NCBI GenBank assembly: GCA_017466625.1
Contig: JAFTTT010000047.1
Coordinates: 1 to 45,246 of the forward strand
Origin: Clostridia bacterium
Lineage (GTDB): Bacteria > Bacillota > Clostridia > Oscillospirales > CAG-272
Reading direction: 5' to 3'
Length of the DNA stretch: 45,246 nucleotides
Shown here: positions 19,053 to 28,595 of the stretch, one piece after another
How the letters are laid out: each line of letters opens with the position of its first letter
Numbering within the stretch: position 1 is the stretch's first letter
Program-made: the position numbers and the translations under genes
Notes under the pieces: generated by a model
What the model saw: the letters and a program-made list of their open reading frames with translations, nothing else
Databases searched by the model: none
What the model was told of the DNA's origin: nothing

Positions 19053-21323
19053 ATGTATCAGGTAGAAAAAATGAAAGAATTATTTAAGAAAAACGGCACC
19101 CCAACAAAGAAGGAGTATATACGCAACCTTGCCTTAATGCTCCTGTTTTTCCCTATTGCCGTTTTTTATCTTGAAATGGTCGTCCGTCTTCGTACGATAG
19201 GCGCGCCGACGAGGATCGAGCTTACGAATATTTTCTTCTTCTCGTTCTCGTTCGGAGCATTTATATCTTTTATCCTGTCGTTTATCAAGAATCGGACCGC
19301 GCTTCGCATAACGGCGATCGTTCTGACCGTCGTTCTCGCGCTCGTTCTCGGCTCGCAGATGATATACTTCCAGATATTCAGAGTATATTACAGTCTTGAA
19401 AGCACGTCGATGGCGGGCGAAGCAATAACCGATTTCAGCACCGTAATGTGGAACACCATCGGAAACAACTTCTTCTATATTCTGCTTCTTGCCGTTCCGA
19501 CGATACTCATGGCGGTGTTCAGCGGAGTCCTTTCGAATTACCCCGCAAAGCGCCTGCCGCCCATACTTAACTATTTCTGTGCGTCGGTAATGGCGTTCTC
19601 CTTTATCTGCGGAGCGGTGTCGGTCGCAAGCGACAATGGCGATTACGGCTCGCTTCATTACTACAAGTACCACGATTCGACCGAGAGCGCAAACAAGCTC
19701 GGACTTCTCACCTCGACGCGTATCGCGCTCCAGGGATATCTTTTCGGCGAGCTTGAGGAAAAGGTCGTCGTTGAATCGGGAATGAACGATATCCATAATC
19801 CCTTTGAAAGCGATGGAGACGGAACGACGGGCCCCGACGGAACGACGCCCCCTGACGGAACTACGAATCCGGGAGGAACGACAAACCCCGGCGGAACCAC
19901 CGAACCCGGCGGAACCACGAACCCGGGAGATACCACTGAACCCGGCGGTACCACAACTCCTCCGCAAATTGACTACGGCTACAACATTATCGAGGGACTC
20001 GATTTTTCACATTCGAGCGGAAAGATAGGCCAGCTTAACGAGTATTTTACCGCGCTTACTCCCACGAAGAAGAATCAGTACACGGGAATGTTTGAAGGAT
20101 ATAATCTTATATTCCTTACCCTCGAGGGCTTCTCGCATCACGTTATAGATCAGCGGCTCACGCCGACCCTTTACATGATGGCGAACGAGGGCTTCGTTTT
20201 CGAGAATTTCTACAACGGCACCTGGGGCGGCTCGACCTCAACGGGCGAGTACGCGAACCTCACGGGCAATTTCTACAACAGCACCGACTGTATGCAGAAG
20301 CTTCTTCCGAAGACCTATCAGCCCTTCGTTCTCGGAAATCAGTTCAAGAAGCTCGGTTATACGACCAAGGCGTACCACGCATGGACCTACACCTACTATA
20401 ACCGCGACGAATCGCATCCGAAGCTCGGCTACGAGTGGATAGCGTATAATAAAAACAAAGTCAGCGGCTATTCGGGACTTGAGAATTTCACGTTTGATGA
20501 CGGAACGAAGATGAAGTTCCCCTGGGTGCCGTCCGACCACGATACCGCAAGAATAACGATCAACGACTTTGTTGATAAGGAACCGTTCCACGTTTACTAT
20601 ATGACGATAAGCGGTCATACAAATTATAACTGGACGGGAAACGCAATGTGCAAGAAGCACAAGTCGTTTATCAACAGCTACTGCCAGCAGTACGGTCTTG
20701 ACTACTCGGAAAAGGTAAAGGCGTATCTTGCCTGCCAGTACGAGGTCGAGCTTATGTTGACTGAGCTTGTAAACGGTCTCCGCGATGCGGGAGTTCTTGA
20801 CAGAACCGTCTTTGCAATGGGCGCAGACCACTATCCTTACGGAATGTACGACGATAAGGAAGGCAACAAGTATCTGGCGGAGCTTTACGGCCTTCCCGAA
20901 AGCGGTATAAACGGAAACTTCGAGCTTTACAGAAACGCGTTCATTATCTGGAACTCCGCAATGAAGGAGCCGATAAAGATCGACACTCCCTGCTCGGCTA
21001 TCGACATTCTGCCGACGCTTTCCAACCTCTTCGGTCTCGAATACGATTCGCGTCTTATGGCGGGAACCGACGTTCTTTCGGGCGAAGAGCCGATAGTTAT
21101 ACTGAACTTCGACAAGGGAGCCGGCTCCTGGAACTGGCTGACCAGATACGGTACCTATAAGACCTCAACGAAGAAATTTACCCCCGCAGAGGGCTTCAGC
21201 GCGACCGATGACGAGATAGCGGCTTACGTCAAGAGCGTAAATCAGCTCGTTTCGGCAAAGAGAAAATACACCTTCTACGTAATAGAAAACGACTATTACT
21301 CATACGTATTCGGAAAGAAATAG
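19053..21323 (+). CDS. LTA synthase family / sulfatase-like membrane protein
   Basis: 5 N-terminal TM segments, NLIFLTLEGF, TPTL, STSTGE, TISGH, GADHYPY; alternative start at 19071. Confidence 0.85.
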   Translation: MYQVEKMKELFKKNGTPTKKEYIRNLALMLLFFPIAVFYLEMVVRLRTIGAPTRIELTNIFFFSFSFGAFISFILSFIKNRTALRITAIVLTVVLALVLGSQMIYFQIFRVYYSLESTSMAGEAITDFSTVMWNTIGNNFFYILLLAVPTILMAVFSGVLSNYPAKRLPPILNYFCASVMAFSFICGAVSVASDNGDYGSLHYYKYHDSTESANKLGLLTSTRIALQGYLFGELEEKVVVESGMNDIHNPFESDGDGTTGPDGTTPPDGTTNPGGTTNPGGTTEPGGTTNPGDTTEPGGTTTPPQIDYGYNIIEGLDFSHSSGKIGQLNEYFTALTPTKKNQYTGMFEGYNLIFLTLEGFSHHVIDQRLTPTLYMMANEGFVFENFYNGTWGGSTSTGEYANLTGNFYNSTDCMQKLLPKTYQPFVLGNQFKKLGYTTKAYHAWTYTYYNRDESHPKLGYEWIAYNKNKVSGYSGLENFTFDDGTKMKFPWVPSDHDTARITINDFVDKEPFHVYYMTISGHTNYNWTGNAMCKKHKSFINSYCQQYGLDYSEKVKAYLACQYEVELMLTELVNGLRDAGVLDRTVFAMGADHYPYGMYDDKEGNKYLAELYGLPESGINGNFELYRNAFIIWNSAMKEPIKIDTPCSAIDILPTLSNLFGLEYDSRLMAGTDVLSGEEPIVILNFDKGAGSWNWLTRYGTYKTSTKKFTPAEGFSATDDEIAAYVKSVNQLVSAKRKYTFYVIENDYYSYVFGKK
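19818..19961 (+). repeat. 8 x 18-bp in-frame tandem repeat encoding (D/G)GTTxP
   Basis: DGTTGP DGTTPP DGTTNP GGTTNP GGTTEP GGTTNP GDTTEP GGTTTP. Confidence 0.9.
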
Positions 21324-21327
21324 TAAA

Positions 21328-22098
21328 ATGAAAACAGTAATCAAGGTAGGAACGTCGACCGTCGCTCACGACGGCGGTCGGCTTAACATCAGACGCGTCG
21401 AGGAGCTTTGCAAGGTCCTTTCCGATCTTAAGAACGCAGGACACGAGGTCATTCTCGTTTCGTCGGGCGCTATCGGAATGGGCGTCGGAAAGCTTGGGCT
21501 CAGTAAACGTCCGACCGATATGCCGACAAAGCAGGCGGCTGCTGCTGTCGGTCAGTGCGAGCTTATGTATACCTACGACCGTCTCTTTTCGGAGTATAAC
21601 CACACCGTCGCGCAGATACTTCTGACCGCGTCGGACGTTAAGAACGAGCATCGTCACGAGAATTTCAAGAACACCCTTAACCGTCTTATCGAGCTCGGCG
21701 TTCTTCCCGTTATAAACGAGAACGACACGATAGCGACCGAGGAGATCGCGGTCGGTGATAACGATACGCTTGCGGCTATCGTTGCCGAAAGTGCCGACGC
21801 CGATCTGCTCGTTCTTCTCTCGGATATCGACGGGCTTTATACCTCCGACCCACACAAGGATGAGAGTGCCGTGCTTATTCCGACGGTCAGCGAGCTGACC
21901 GAGGAAATACTCGCTCTCGGCGGTGAAAAGGGAAGCGATCTCGGCACGGGCGGAATGAAAACGAAGCTTTCTGCCGCAGTTATCGCGACCGAGGCGGGAT
22001 GCGATATGATAATTGCAAACGGCGCAGATCCGAAGATACTTTACGATATCTTCGACAACAAGAGCGTAGGAACGAGATTTTTGGGCAAGAAGAAATGA
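21328..22098 (+). CDS. proB: glutamate 5-kinase (no PUA domain)
   Basis: [33 protein letters not shown]. Confidence 0.96.
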   Translation: MKTVIKVGTSTVAHDGGRLNIRRVEELCKVLSDLKNAGHEVILVSSGAIGMGVGKLGLSKRPTDMPTKQAAAAVGQCELMYTYDRLFSEYNHTVAQILLTASDVKNEHRHENFKNTLNRLIELGVLPVINENDTIATEEIAVGDNDTLAAIVAESADADLLVLLSDIDGLYTSDPHKDESAVLIPTVSELTEEILALGGEKGSDLGTGGMKTKLSAAVIATEAGCDMIIANGADPKILYDIFDNKSVGTRFLGKKK

Positions 22099-23354
22099 CC
22101 ACGAAAGAAATACTTATAAAAGCAAAAAACGCGAAAAACGAGCTTCTTCTCCTTTCAACGGAGGAGAAAAACAAGGCGCTTGACGCTATGGCGCAGGCGA
22201 TACTCGAAAATGAAGACGAGATCCTGCGTGAAAACGCGCTCGACCTTGACGCGGCAAGAGGGGTCATCTCCGACGTTATGCTTGACCGTCTTGCGCTAGA
22301 TCACAAGCGGGTGAGCGATATGGCGAAGGGCGTTACGGCGCTTATTGCGCTTCCCGATCCCGTCGGGCGCGTAATATCGGAGCATACGCTTGAAAACGGA
22401 CTGACGGTGAAAAAGACGTCGGTGCCGATGGGCGTAATTGCGATAATCTACGAGAGCCGTCCGAACGTTACCTCCGATGCGGCGGCGCTGTGCCTTAAGA
22501 GCGGAAACGTCGCGGTCCTCCGCGGCGGCAAGGAGGCGTTCAGAACCTCTTACGCTATCGTTCGTGCGATGAAAAAGGGGCTTGAGGCCGTTGGAATGAA
22601 CCCCGATCTTATCAATATCGTTACCGATACGACAAGAGAAAGTGCAAACGAGCTTATGACCGCGGTCGGCTACGTAGATCTTCTCATTCCGAGAGGCGGC
22701 AAGGGACTTATACGTGCTTGCACCGAGAATGCGACCGTGCCGTGTATTGAAACGGGAACGGGAATTTGCCATATATTCGTCGACGAGTTGGCTGACCTTG
22801 ACAAGGCGCTGACGATAATCGAAAACGCAAAGACACAGCGTCCTTCGGTATGTAACGCCGAGGAGGTGTTGCTCGTTCACGAGGACGTAGCAGGGGAATT
22901 TTTGCCGAAGCTGAAGGAGCTTCTTGTCGACGGACGCAAGGCAGAGGGAAAGCCCCCCGTCGAGCTTCGTCTTGATAGCAAGGCGGCGAAGATAATTGAC
23001 GGCGTGCCTGCTCGTGATACCGATTTTGACACGGAGTTTCTTGACTATATTCTCGCAGTTAAGGTCGTTTCGGGAGTTAAGGAAGCGGTAGAGCATATCA
23101 CGCTCCACTCGACTCATCACAGCGACGGTATAGTTACCGAAAACGAAAACAACGCGCTTTATTTTACGACGGTCGTCGATTCGGCGGCGGTGTACGTTAA
23201 CGCGTCGACGCGCTTTACCGACGGCGGACAGTTCGGGCTCGGCTGTGAGATGGGAATTTCAACCCAGCGCCTTCACGCAAGAGGTCCGATGGGTCTTAAC
23301 GAGCTGAACACATATAAATATATTATTACGGGTAACGGACAAGTAAGAAAGTAA
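22095..23354 (+). CDS. proA: glutamate-5-semialdehyde dehydrogenase
   Basis: [35 protein letters not shown]. Confidence 0.96.
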   Translation: MTTKEILIKAKNAKNELLLLSTEEKNKALDAMAQAILENEDEILRENALDLDAARGVISDVMLDRLALDHKRVSDMAKGVTALIALPDPVGRVISEHTLENGLTVKKTSVPMGVIAIIYESRPNVTSDAAALCLKSGNVAVLRGGKEAFRTSYAIVRAMKKGLEAVGMNPDLINIVTDTTRESANELMTAVGYVDLLIPRGGKGLIRACTENATVPCIETGTGICHIFVDELADLDKALTIIENAKTQRPSVCNAEEVLLVHEDVAGEFLPKLKELLVDGRKAEGKPPVELRLDSKAAKIIDGVPARDTDFDTEFLDYILAVKVVSGVKEAVEHITLHSTHHSDGIVTENENNALYFTTVVDSAAVYVNASTRFTDGGQFGLGCEMGISTQRLHARGPMGLNELNTYKYIITGNGQVRK

Positions 23355-23355
23355 T

Positions 23356-24153
23356 ATGAGAATTGGATTTATCGGTTGCGGAAATATGGGCTCGGCGCTC
23401 GCGCGCTCGGTCATGAAGAGCGTTTCCGCGTTTCACATTGTAATAAATGACGTAAACAAGGAAAAGGTCGACGCGTTCTGCTCCGAAACGGGAGCGATGT
23501 TCGGCGACCTTGACGAGATCGCCTCGGACTGTAAGTACATATTTATTGCGGTTAAGCCGCAGATGCTCGCCGCTCTTGCGTCTGAGCTCCGTCCGATGCT
23601 TGCGGAAAGAAGGGACGGATTTGTCCTCGTTTCGATGGCGGCGGGAGTTACTACGTCGCGCCTAACTGAGCTTTTCGGAAGCTGTCCGACGGTAAGAATA
23701 ATGCCGAATCTGCCCGTTTCCGTAGGAGAGGGTGTCGTTCTTTATACCGCGACGGAGGGCGTGACCAAGGCAGACCTTGACGGATTTCTTGACATGATGA
23801 AAAACGCCGGTACTCTTATGCGCCTTGACGAAAAGCTTATCGACGCGGGAACGTCGGTCTCGGGCTGCGGACCTGCCTTCGTTTGCCGGGTCATTGAAGC
23901 GCTCGCGCGCGGCGGTGAAAAGTGCGGGCTTTCCTACGAGGACGCGCTCGTTATGGCGGAGCATACGCTCATCGGAACGGCAAAAATGCTTGCCGAGACG
24001 AAGGGCGATCCGATCGTTCTTTGCCGCGCCGTTTGCTCGCCCGGCGGAAGCACCATCGAGGGAGTGAAAACGCTCGAGAACGGCGGTGTTGACCGTCTGT
24101 TCGGTGACGCGGTCGAGGCGTCATACAAGAGAAACATCGAGCTTGGAAAATAA
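23356..24153 (+). CDS. proC: pyrroline-5-carboxylate reductase
   Basis: GFIGCGNMG, AVKPQ, RIMPN, SGCGPAF, VCSPGGST. Confidence 0.95.
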   Translation: MRIGFIGCGNMGSALARSVMKSVSAFHIVINDVNKEKVDAFCSETGAMFGDLDEIASDCKYIFIAVKPQMLAALASELRPMLAERRDGFVLVSMAAGVTTSRLTELFGSCPTVRIMPNLPVSVGEGVVLYTATEGVTKADLDGFLDMMKNAGTLMRLDEKLIDAGTSVSGCGPAFVCRVIEALARGGEKCGLSYEDALVMAEHTLIGTAKMLAETKGDPIVLCRAVCSPGGSTIEGVKTLENGGVDRLFGDAVEASYKRNIELGK

Positions 24154-24162
24154 GAGGTATAA

Positions 24163-24615
24163 ATGAAAACAGTAAATATCTATACCGACGGTGCTTGCAG
24201 CGGTAATCCCGGCCCCGGCGGATACGGAGCGATACTCGTTTATCACGAATACGAAAGAGAGCTGTCCGAGGGCTTTGCCGAGACCACGAACAACCGAATG
24301 GAGCTTCTCGGCGCGATAAAGGCGCTCGAGCTTCTCAAGGAGCCGTGTCGGGTGCTTCTGACATCGGACTCGAAGTACCTTGTCGACGGAATAAACCTCG
24401 GTTGGGCGAAGAAGTGGAAGAGTAACAACTGGTTCAAGCCCGATAAGAAAAAGGCGCAGAATACCGACCTTTGGGAGCAGCTTCTCGTCTTGGGTGAGCG
24501 TCACGATATCACCTACGTTTGGGTGAAGGGCCACGCCGGCCACCCCTATAACGAGCGTTGCGACCGTCTTGCTGTTGAGGCGATCGAAAGAATAAAGAAC
24601 GAAATATCAGAGTAA
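24163..24615 (+). CDS. rnhA: ribonuclease HI
   Basis: [35 protein letters not shown]. Confidence 0.96.
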   Translation: MKTVNIYTDGACSGNPGPGGYGAILVYHEYERELSEGFAETTNNRMELLGAIKALELLKEPCRVLLTSDSKYLVDGINLGWAKKWKSNNWFKPDKKKAQNTDLWEQLLVLGERHDITYVWVKGHAGHPYNERCDRLAVEAIERIKNEISE

Positions 24616-24647
24616 AATAACCGAGAGAGACCCTCTCGGCTATTTTT
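24614..24647 (+). terminator. intrinsic terminator
   Basis: AAAATAACCGAGAG...CTCTCGGCTATTTTT. Confidence 0.7.
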
Positions 24648-24654
24648 ATAAATA

Positions 24655-24683
24655 TTGACTTTTTAGGATCTTTGTGTTATAAT
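24655..24683 (+). promoter_or_regulatory. SigA promoter
   Basis: TTGACT-N17-TATAAT with TG extension. Confidence 0.78.
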
Positions 24684-24727
24684 GTTTACATTGATAACCT
24701 TTCAATCCCCGTGTTAAGGAGAAAAAT

Positions 24728-26416
24728 ATGGCTAAATACAACACGAATTTTGTGTACGAGACCGAGGAAGTTACGACTATAAGAGAGCTTATCGAGCGCT
24801 CCGCGTCGCTTTACGGAGAGCGTCCCGCTTTTCTTACAAACGAGAACGGAGAAGTGAAGGAGATAACCTACGGTGAGGTGCTTAAGCGCGTCAAGGCGCT
24901 TGCGACATATCTGCGCAGTAAGCTTCCCGAGGGCTGTAAGATCGCAGTAACGGGTAAAAACTCGCATAACTGGGTAATTTCATACCTCGCGGTCACCTCG
25001 GGCGTCGGCATTATCGTTCCGATAGATAAGGATCTTCGCGGTGAGGAGATCGCGGATCTTATAAAGGACGCGGAGGCGGATGCAGTCATTTATTCTCCCG
25101 AGCAGGAGGAGAAGATGGCTCTTGTTCCGGGTAGCGTTATGAAGTTCAGTATGGACGGTATGGACGCTTACGTTGAGGAGGGAAATGCCCTTATCGAAAA
25201 TGGGGATCGCTCCTATGCCGACCACAAGATAAATCCTCACGCGCTCGGCTCGCTTCTTTATACGTCGGGAACTACGGGAGTTGCAAAGGGAGTTATGCTT
25301 TCGCAGTACAATATCTGCTTTGACCTGACGCATGCGCTCCGCCGTGTAAAGATATATCCCTCCGACGTGATCCTTTCGGTCGCGCCGCTTCATCATACCT
25401 ATGAGACGACCGTCGGCTGCCTTCTCGTTATGTATTCGGGAAGCGCGATCGCTTATAACAGCTCGCTCAAGCGTCTGCAGGCAGAGCTTAAGCTTTACCG
25501 TCCGACCGTTATGGCGGTCGTTCCGCTAATTCTCGAGACCTTCCGCAACGCGATCCTCAAGAAATACAAGAAGATCAAGGGCGGTAAGCTGATATTCTCG
25601 CTCCAGAGAGCGGCGTCCGACGTGACGGGCAATAAGGCGGGTAAAAAGATATTCAGCATCATAAGTGAGACCTTCGGCGGACGGCTTCGCCTTATGGTCT
25701 GCGGTGCCGCGCTTCTTGCTCCCGAGGTGTTCCGCGATTACGAGCGCTTCGGTATAAAGCTTATGATCGGCTACGGTCTTACCGAGACGGCGCCTATTTC
25801 GCTCATGCATAACGATTTCTACACCTGCCCCGACGACATCGGTTATCCCGTTTCGGGCGTTTCGGTCAAGCTTGACGACGTGAACGAGGAAGGCGTCGGT
25901 GAGCTTCTTGTCAAGGGCCCGAACGTAATGCTCGGCTATTACAAGAATCCCGAGGAGACGGCTCGCGTTATGACCGAGGACGGTTATTTCCGCACGGGCG
26001 ACCTCGCACGCCGTAAACCGAACGGTGCGTATCAGATCGCGGGACGCGCAAAGAGCATGATAGTTTCTCCCGGCGGAAAGAAGATATTCCCGGAGGAGCT
26101 TGAGCTTTACCTCGAAAAGAGCGAGTACGTCAAGGAAAGCTTGGTTTACGAGGAAAATGACGAGGACGGCAGAAGAATAGCCGCCGCGCTTATTGCGGAT
26201 GACGAAAACGTCGCGTCGAAGCTCGGAATGAAGCCCGAGGACGAGGGCTACCTTGACGCCGAAAGGGAGCTGTTCGAGAAGATCGTCAAGGACGTAAATT
26301 CTCAGTTCCCGAACTACAAGCATATCGCTAAGGTCTACGTAAGAAAGACCGATTTCATTAAGACAACGACGAAAAAGATCAAGAGAAACGCCCCCGAAAA
26401 TCTTGAAAATAAGTAA
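24728..26416 (+). CDS. long-chain fatty acid-CoA ligase (AMP-binding)
   Basis: YTSGTTG.AKG, GYGLTET, TGDL, GR.K. Confidence 0.9.
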   Translation: MAKYNTNFVYETEEVTTIRELIERSASLYGERPAFLTNENGEVKEITYGEVLKRVKALATYLRSKLPEGCKIAVTGKNSHNWVISYLAVTSGVGIIVPIDKDLRGEEIADLIKDAEADAVIYSPEQEEKMALVPGSVMKFSMDGMDAYVEEGNALIENGDRSYADHKINPHALGSLLYTSGTTGVAKGVMLSQYNICFDLTHALRRVKIYPSDVILSVAPLHHTYETTVGCLLVMYSGSAIAYNSSLKRLQAELKLYRPTVMAVVPLILETFRNAILKKYKKIKGGKLIFSLQRAASDVTGNKAGKKIFSIISETFGGRLRLMVCGAALLAPEVFRDYERFGIKLMIGYGLTETAPISLMHNDFYTCPDDIGYPVSGVSVKLDDVNEEGVGELLVKGPNVMLGYYKNPEETARVMTEDGYFRTGDLARRKPNGAYQIAGRAKSMIVSPGGKKIFPEELELYLEKSEYVKESLVYEENDEDGRRIAAALIADDENVASKLGMKPEDEGYLDAERELFEKIVKDVNSQFPNYKHIAKVYVRKTDFIKTTTKKIKRNAPENLENK

Positions 26417-26431
26417 GGATGATAAGTCACT

Positions 26432-27007
26432 ATGAGAACGGCTAACGAAGCAAACAAGGAAAAATTTCTGAAAGCGGCGGTAAGCGAGCTTGAGGAGCAC
26501 GGTATTGCCGACTTTTCGATACGCCGCGTAGCGAAAAAGTGCGGTGTTTCCTGCGCCGCGCCGTATAAGCATTTTGAAAGCAAGACCGATCTTCTTGCCG
26601 AGGTAATGCGTTATATAGGGAAAAAATGGAACGACGTCCTTACCGATACCGTCGAAGCGCATAAGGATGAGCCGATAAGAGATCAGCTCGTTGCGATCTG
26701 TATGGCTTATATCGCTTTCCTTTGCACCTATCCCGAGTATCAGACGATACTATATATGAGCGACAGAGTTTTTCAGCCGGACGTCCTTGCCGAAAAGAGC
26801 AAGGTGTCGATCACTACCTCCGAGCTTATATCGGAATACTGCCGACTGATAGAGATCGACGAGGAGACCAAAAGGCGAAAGGTCTTCGTCGTGCGCTCGC
26901 TTCTTTTCGGCGGCGCGATAATGATAAATTCCGGTATGCTGCCCTTTGACGGCGGAACGATGGATATGATAAAGGCGAATATCATAAGAGAATTTGATAT
27001 AGCGTGA
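26432..27007 (+). CDS. TetR/AcrR family regulator
   Basis: FSIRRVA..CGVS.AAPYKHF.SK HTH. Confidence 0.9.
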   Translation: MRTANEANKEKFLKAAVSELEEHGIADFSIRRVAKKCGVSCAAPYKHFESKTDLLAEVMRYIGKKWNDVLTDTVEAHKDEPIRDQLVAICMAYIAFLCTYPEYQTILYMSDRVFQPDVLAEKSKVSITTSELISEYCRLIEIDEETKRRKVFVVRSLLFGGAIMINSGMLPFDGGTMDMIKANIIREFDIA

Positions 27008-27015
27008 ATTTCTTG

Positions 27016-27044
27016 AAAAACAGAGCCGAATGGCTCTGTTTTTT
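27016..27044 (+). terminator. intrinsic terminator
   Basis: AAAAACAGAGCC-GAAT-GGCTCTGTTTTTT. Confidence 0.85.
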
Positions 27045-27055
27045 CGTTTTGGCTC

Positions 27056-27084
27056 TTGATATAGTGACAAAAATTTGTTATAAT
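27056..27084 (+). promoter_or_regulatory. SigA promoter
   Basis: TTGATA-N17-TATAAT with TG extension. Confidence 0.7.
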
Positions 27085-27126
27085 ATATAATTGATATAAT
27101 ATAAATATCTATAAAAGGAGATCACC

Positions 27127-28413
27127 ATGAAAATTCAGGAGCTTATAACCAAAATTTCCGAGGGATATCTCGATTCTGCTTTCACCTCGCTTTACGGCGA
27201 AGAAAACGTAAGTGCTGAGAGAGCGCGTTACACCGACGCGGTAAAGGAGTTTGCCGCGATCTACGGTGATGATAGAGACGTAAACCTCTTCTCTGTTCCC
27301 GGAAGAAGCGAAATTTCGGGCAACCATACCGACCACAACCGCGGATGCGTCATCGCTGCCGCTATCGACCTTGATATCATCGCAGTCGCTTCAATGAGCG
27401 GAAACGATACTGTAAGAGTAAAGAGCAAGGGCTTCCCCGAGGACATAGTTACCTGCCGTCCCGAAAAGCCCGACGAGAAGCTTTTCAATTCCTCGTCGTC
27501 CCTTATCTCGGGCGTTTGCGCCGGGTTCACTAACCGCGGATATAACGTTTGCGGCTTCGACGCTTATACGACCTCTAACGTCCTTAAGGGCTCGGGAATC
27601 TCCTCTTCCGCTGCTTTTGAGGTCATGATCGGAAATATCCTCAACTATTTCGTGAACGACGGAAAGATATCGAATCCCGTAATTGCAGAGATCTCGCAGT
27701 ACGCTGAGAACGTTTACTTCGGTAAGCCGTCGGGACTTATGGATCAGACCGCTTGCGCTGTCGGCGGATTCTCCTACATAGACTTTGCCGATCCTAAGGC
27801 GGCAAAGATCGAAAAGCTCGGCTTCGACCTCAGCGCCGAGGGCTACTCCCTCTGCATCACGAACACGGGCGGAAACCACGCTGACCTTACCGGCGACTAT
27901 GCGGCAGTTCCCGCTGAAATGAAGGCAGTTGCAAAAGAGTTTGGTCAGGAGGTCCTTCGCGGTCTTGATAAGGATGCTCTTCTTTCCCGCGCAGGTGAGC
28001 TTCGTGAAAAGGTCGGCGACAGAGCGCTTCTCCGCGCATTCCACTTTATCGGTGAAAACGACCGCGTAAAGGTGCTTGCAGAGTGCCTTCGTAACGGAGA
28101 CCTTAACGGCTTCTTCAACGGCGTTAAGGATTCGGGACGCTCGTCCTTCATGTGGCTCCAGAACGTATACACGACAAAGAACGTCGAGGAGCAGGGCCTT
28201 TCCCTCGCTCTTGCAGTGACAGAGTACGCGCTCTCGAACACCGCTCGTCCCTCCGCTTGGAGAATCCACGGCGGCGGCTTTGCGGGAACCATTCAGGCGT
28301 TCGTTCCGAACGAGGACGTGCCTTCCTACAAGAAGGAGATCGAAAGAGTATTCGGCGAAAACTCCTGCACCGTTCTTAAGGTCAGAAAAGACGGAGCTAT
28401 CAAGGTTCTTTGA
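27127..28413 (+). CDS. galK: galactokinase family (GHMP) kinase
   Basis: PGRSEISGNHTDH, GSGISSSAA, GLMDQ, GGGFAG. Confidence 0.82.
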   Translation: MKIQELITKISEGYLDSAFTSLYGEENVSAERARYTDAVKEFAAIYGDDRDVNLFSVPGRSEISGNHTDHNRGCVIAAAIDLDIIAVASMSGNDTVRVKSKGFPEDIVTCRPEKPDEKLFNSSSSLISGVCAGFTNRGYNVCGFDAYTTSNVLKGSGISSSAAFEVMIGNILNYFVNDGKISNPVIAEISQYAENVYFGKPSGLMDQTACAVGGFSYIDFADPKAAKIEKLGFDLSAEGYSLCITNTGGNHADLTGDYAAVPAEMKAVAKEFGQEVLRGLDKDALLSRAGELREKVGDRALLRAFHFIGENDRVKVLAECLRNGDLNGFFNGVKDSGRSSFMWLQNVYTTKNVEEQGLSLALAVTEYALSNTARPSAWRIHGGGFAGTIQAFVPNEDVPSYKKEIERVFGENSCTVLKVRKDGAIKVL

Positions 28414-28478
28414 TGGAAATTCGAACTTGAGCAGCTAAGTGAATTTCTGCTTGTTGCTAAAATTGCAATGTTGCCAAT

Positions 28479-28555
28479 CGGGTCGTCGAAGGCGCCGACC
28501 CCTACCGCGCAACGTCCAAGTGCCCTTGGTAGGGGCTGGCGCCTACGACAGCCCG
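28479..28555. repeat. inverted doublet of 27-nt GTAG-type REP-like palindromes
   Basis: GTAGGGGTCGGCGCCTTCGACGACCCG (-, 28479-28505) and GTAGGGGCTGGCGCCTACGACAGCCCG (+, 28529-28555). Confidence 0.8.
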
Positions 28556-28595
28556 CACCAACCCAATGCAACCAATAATTTTAACGAGGGTAGAT

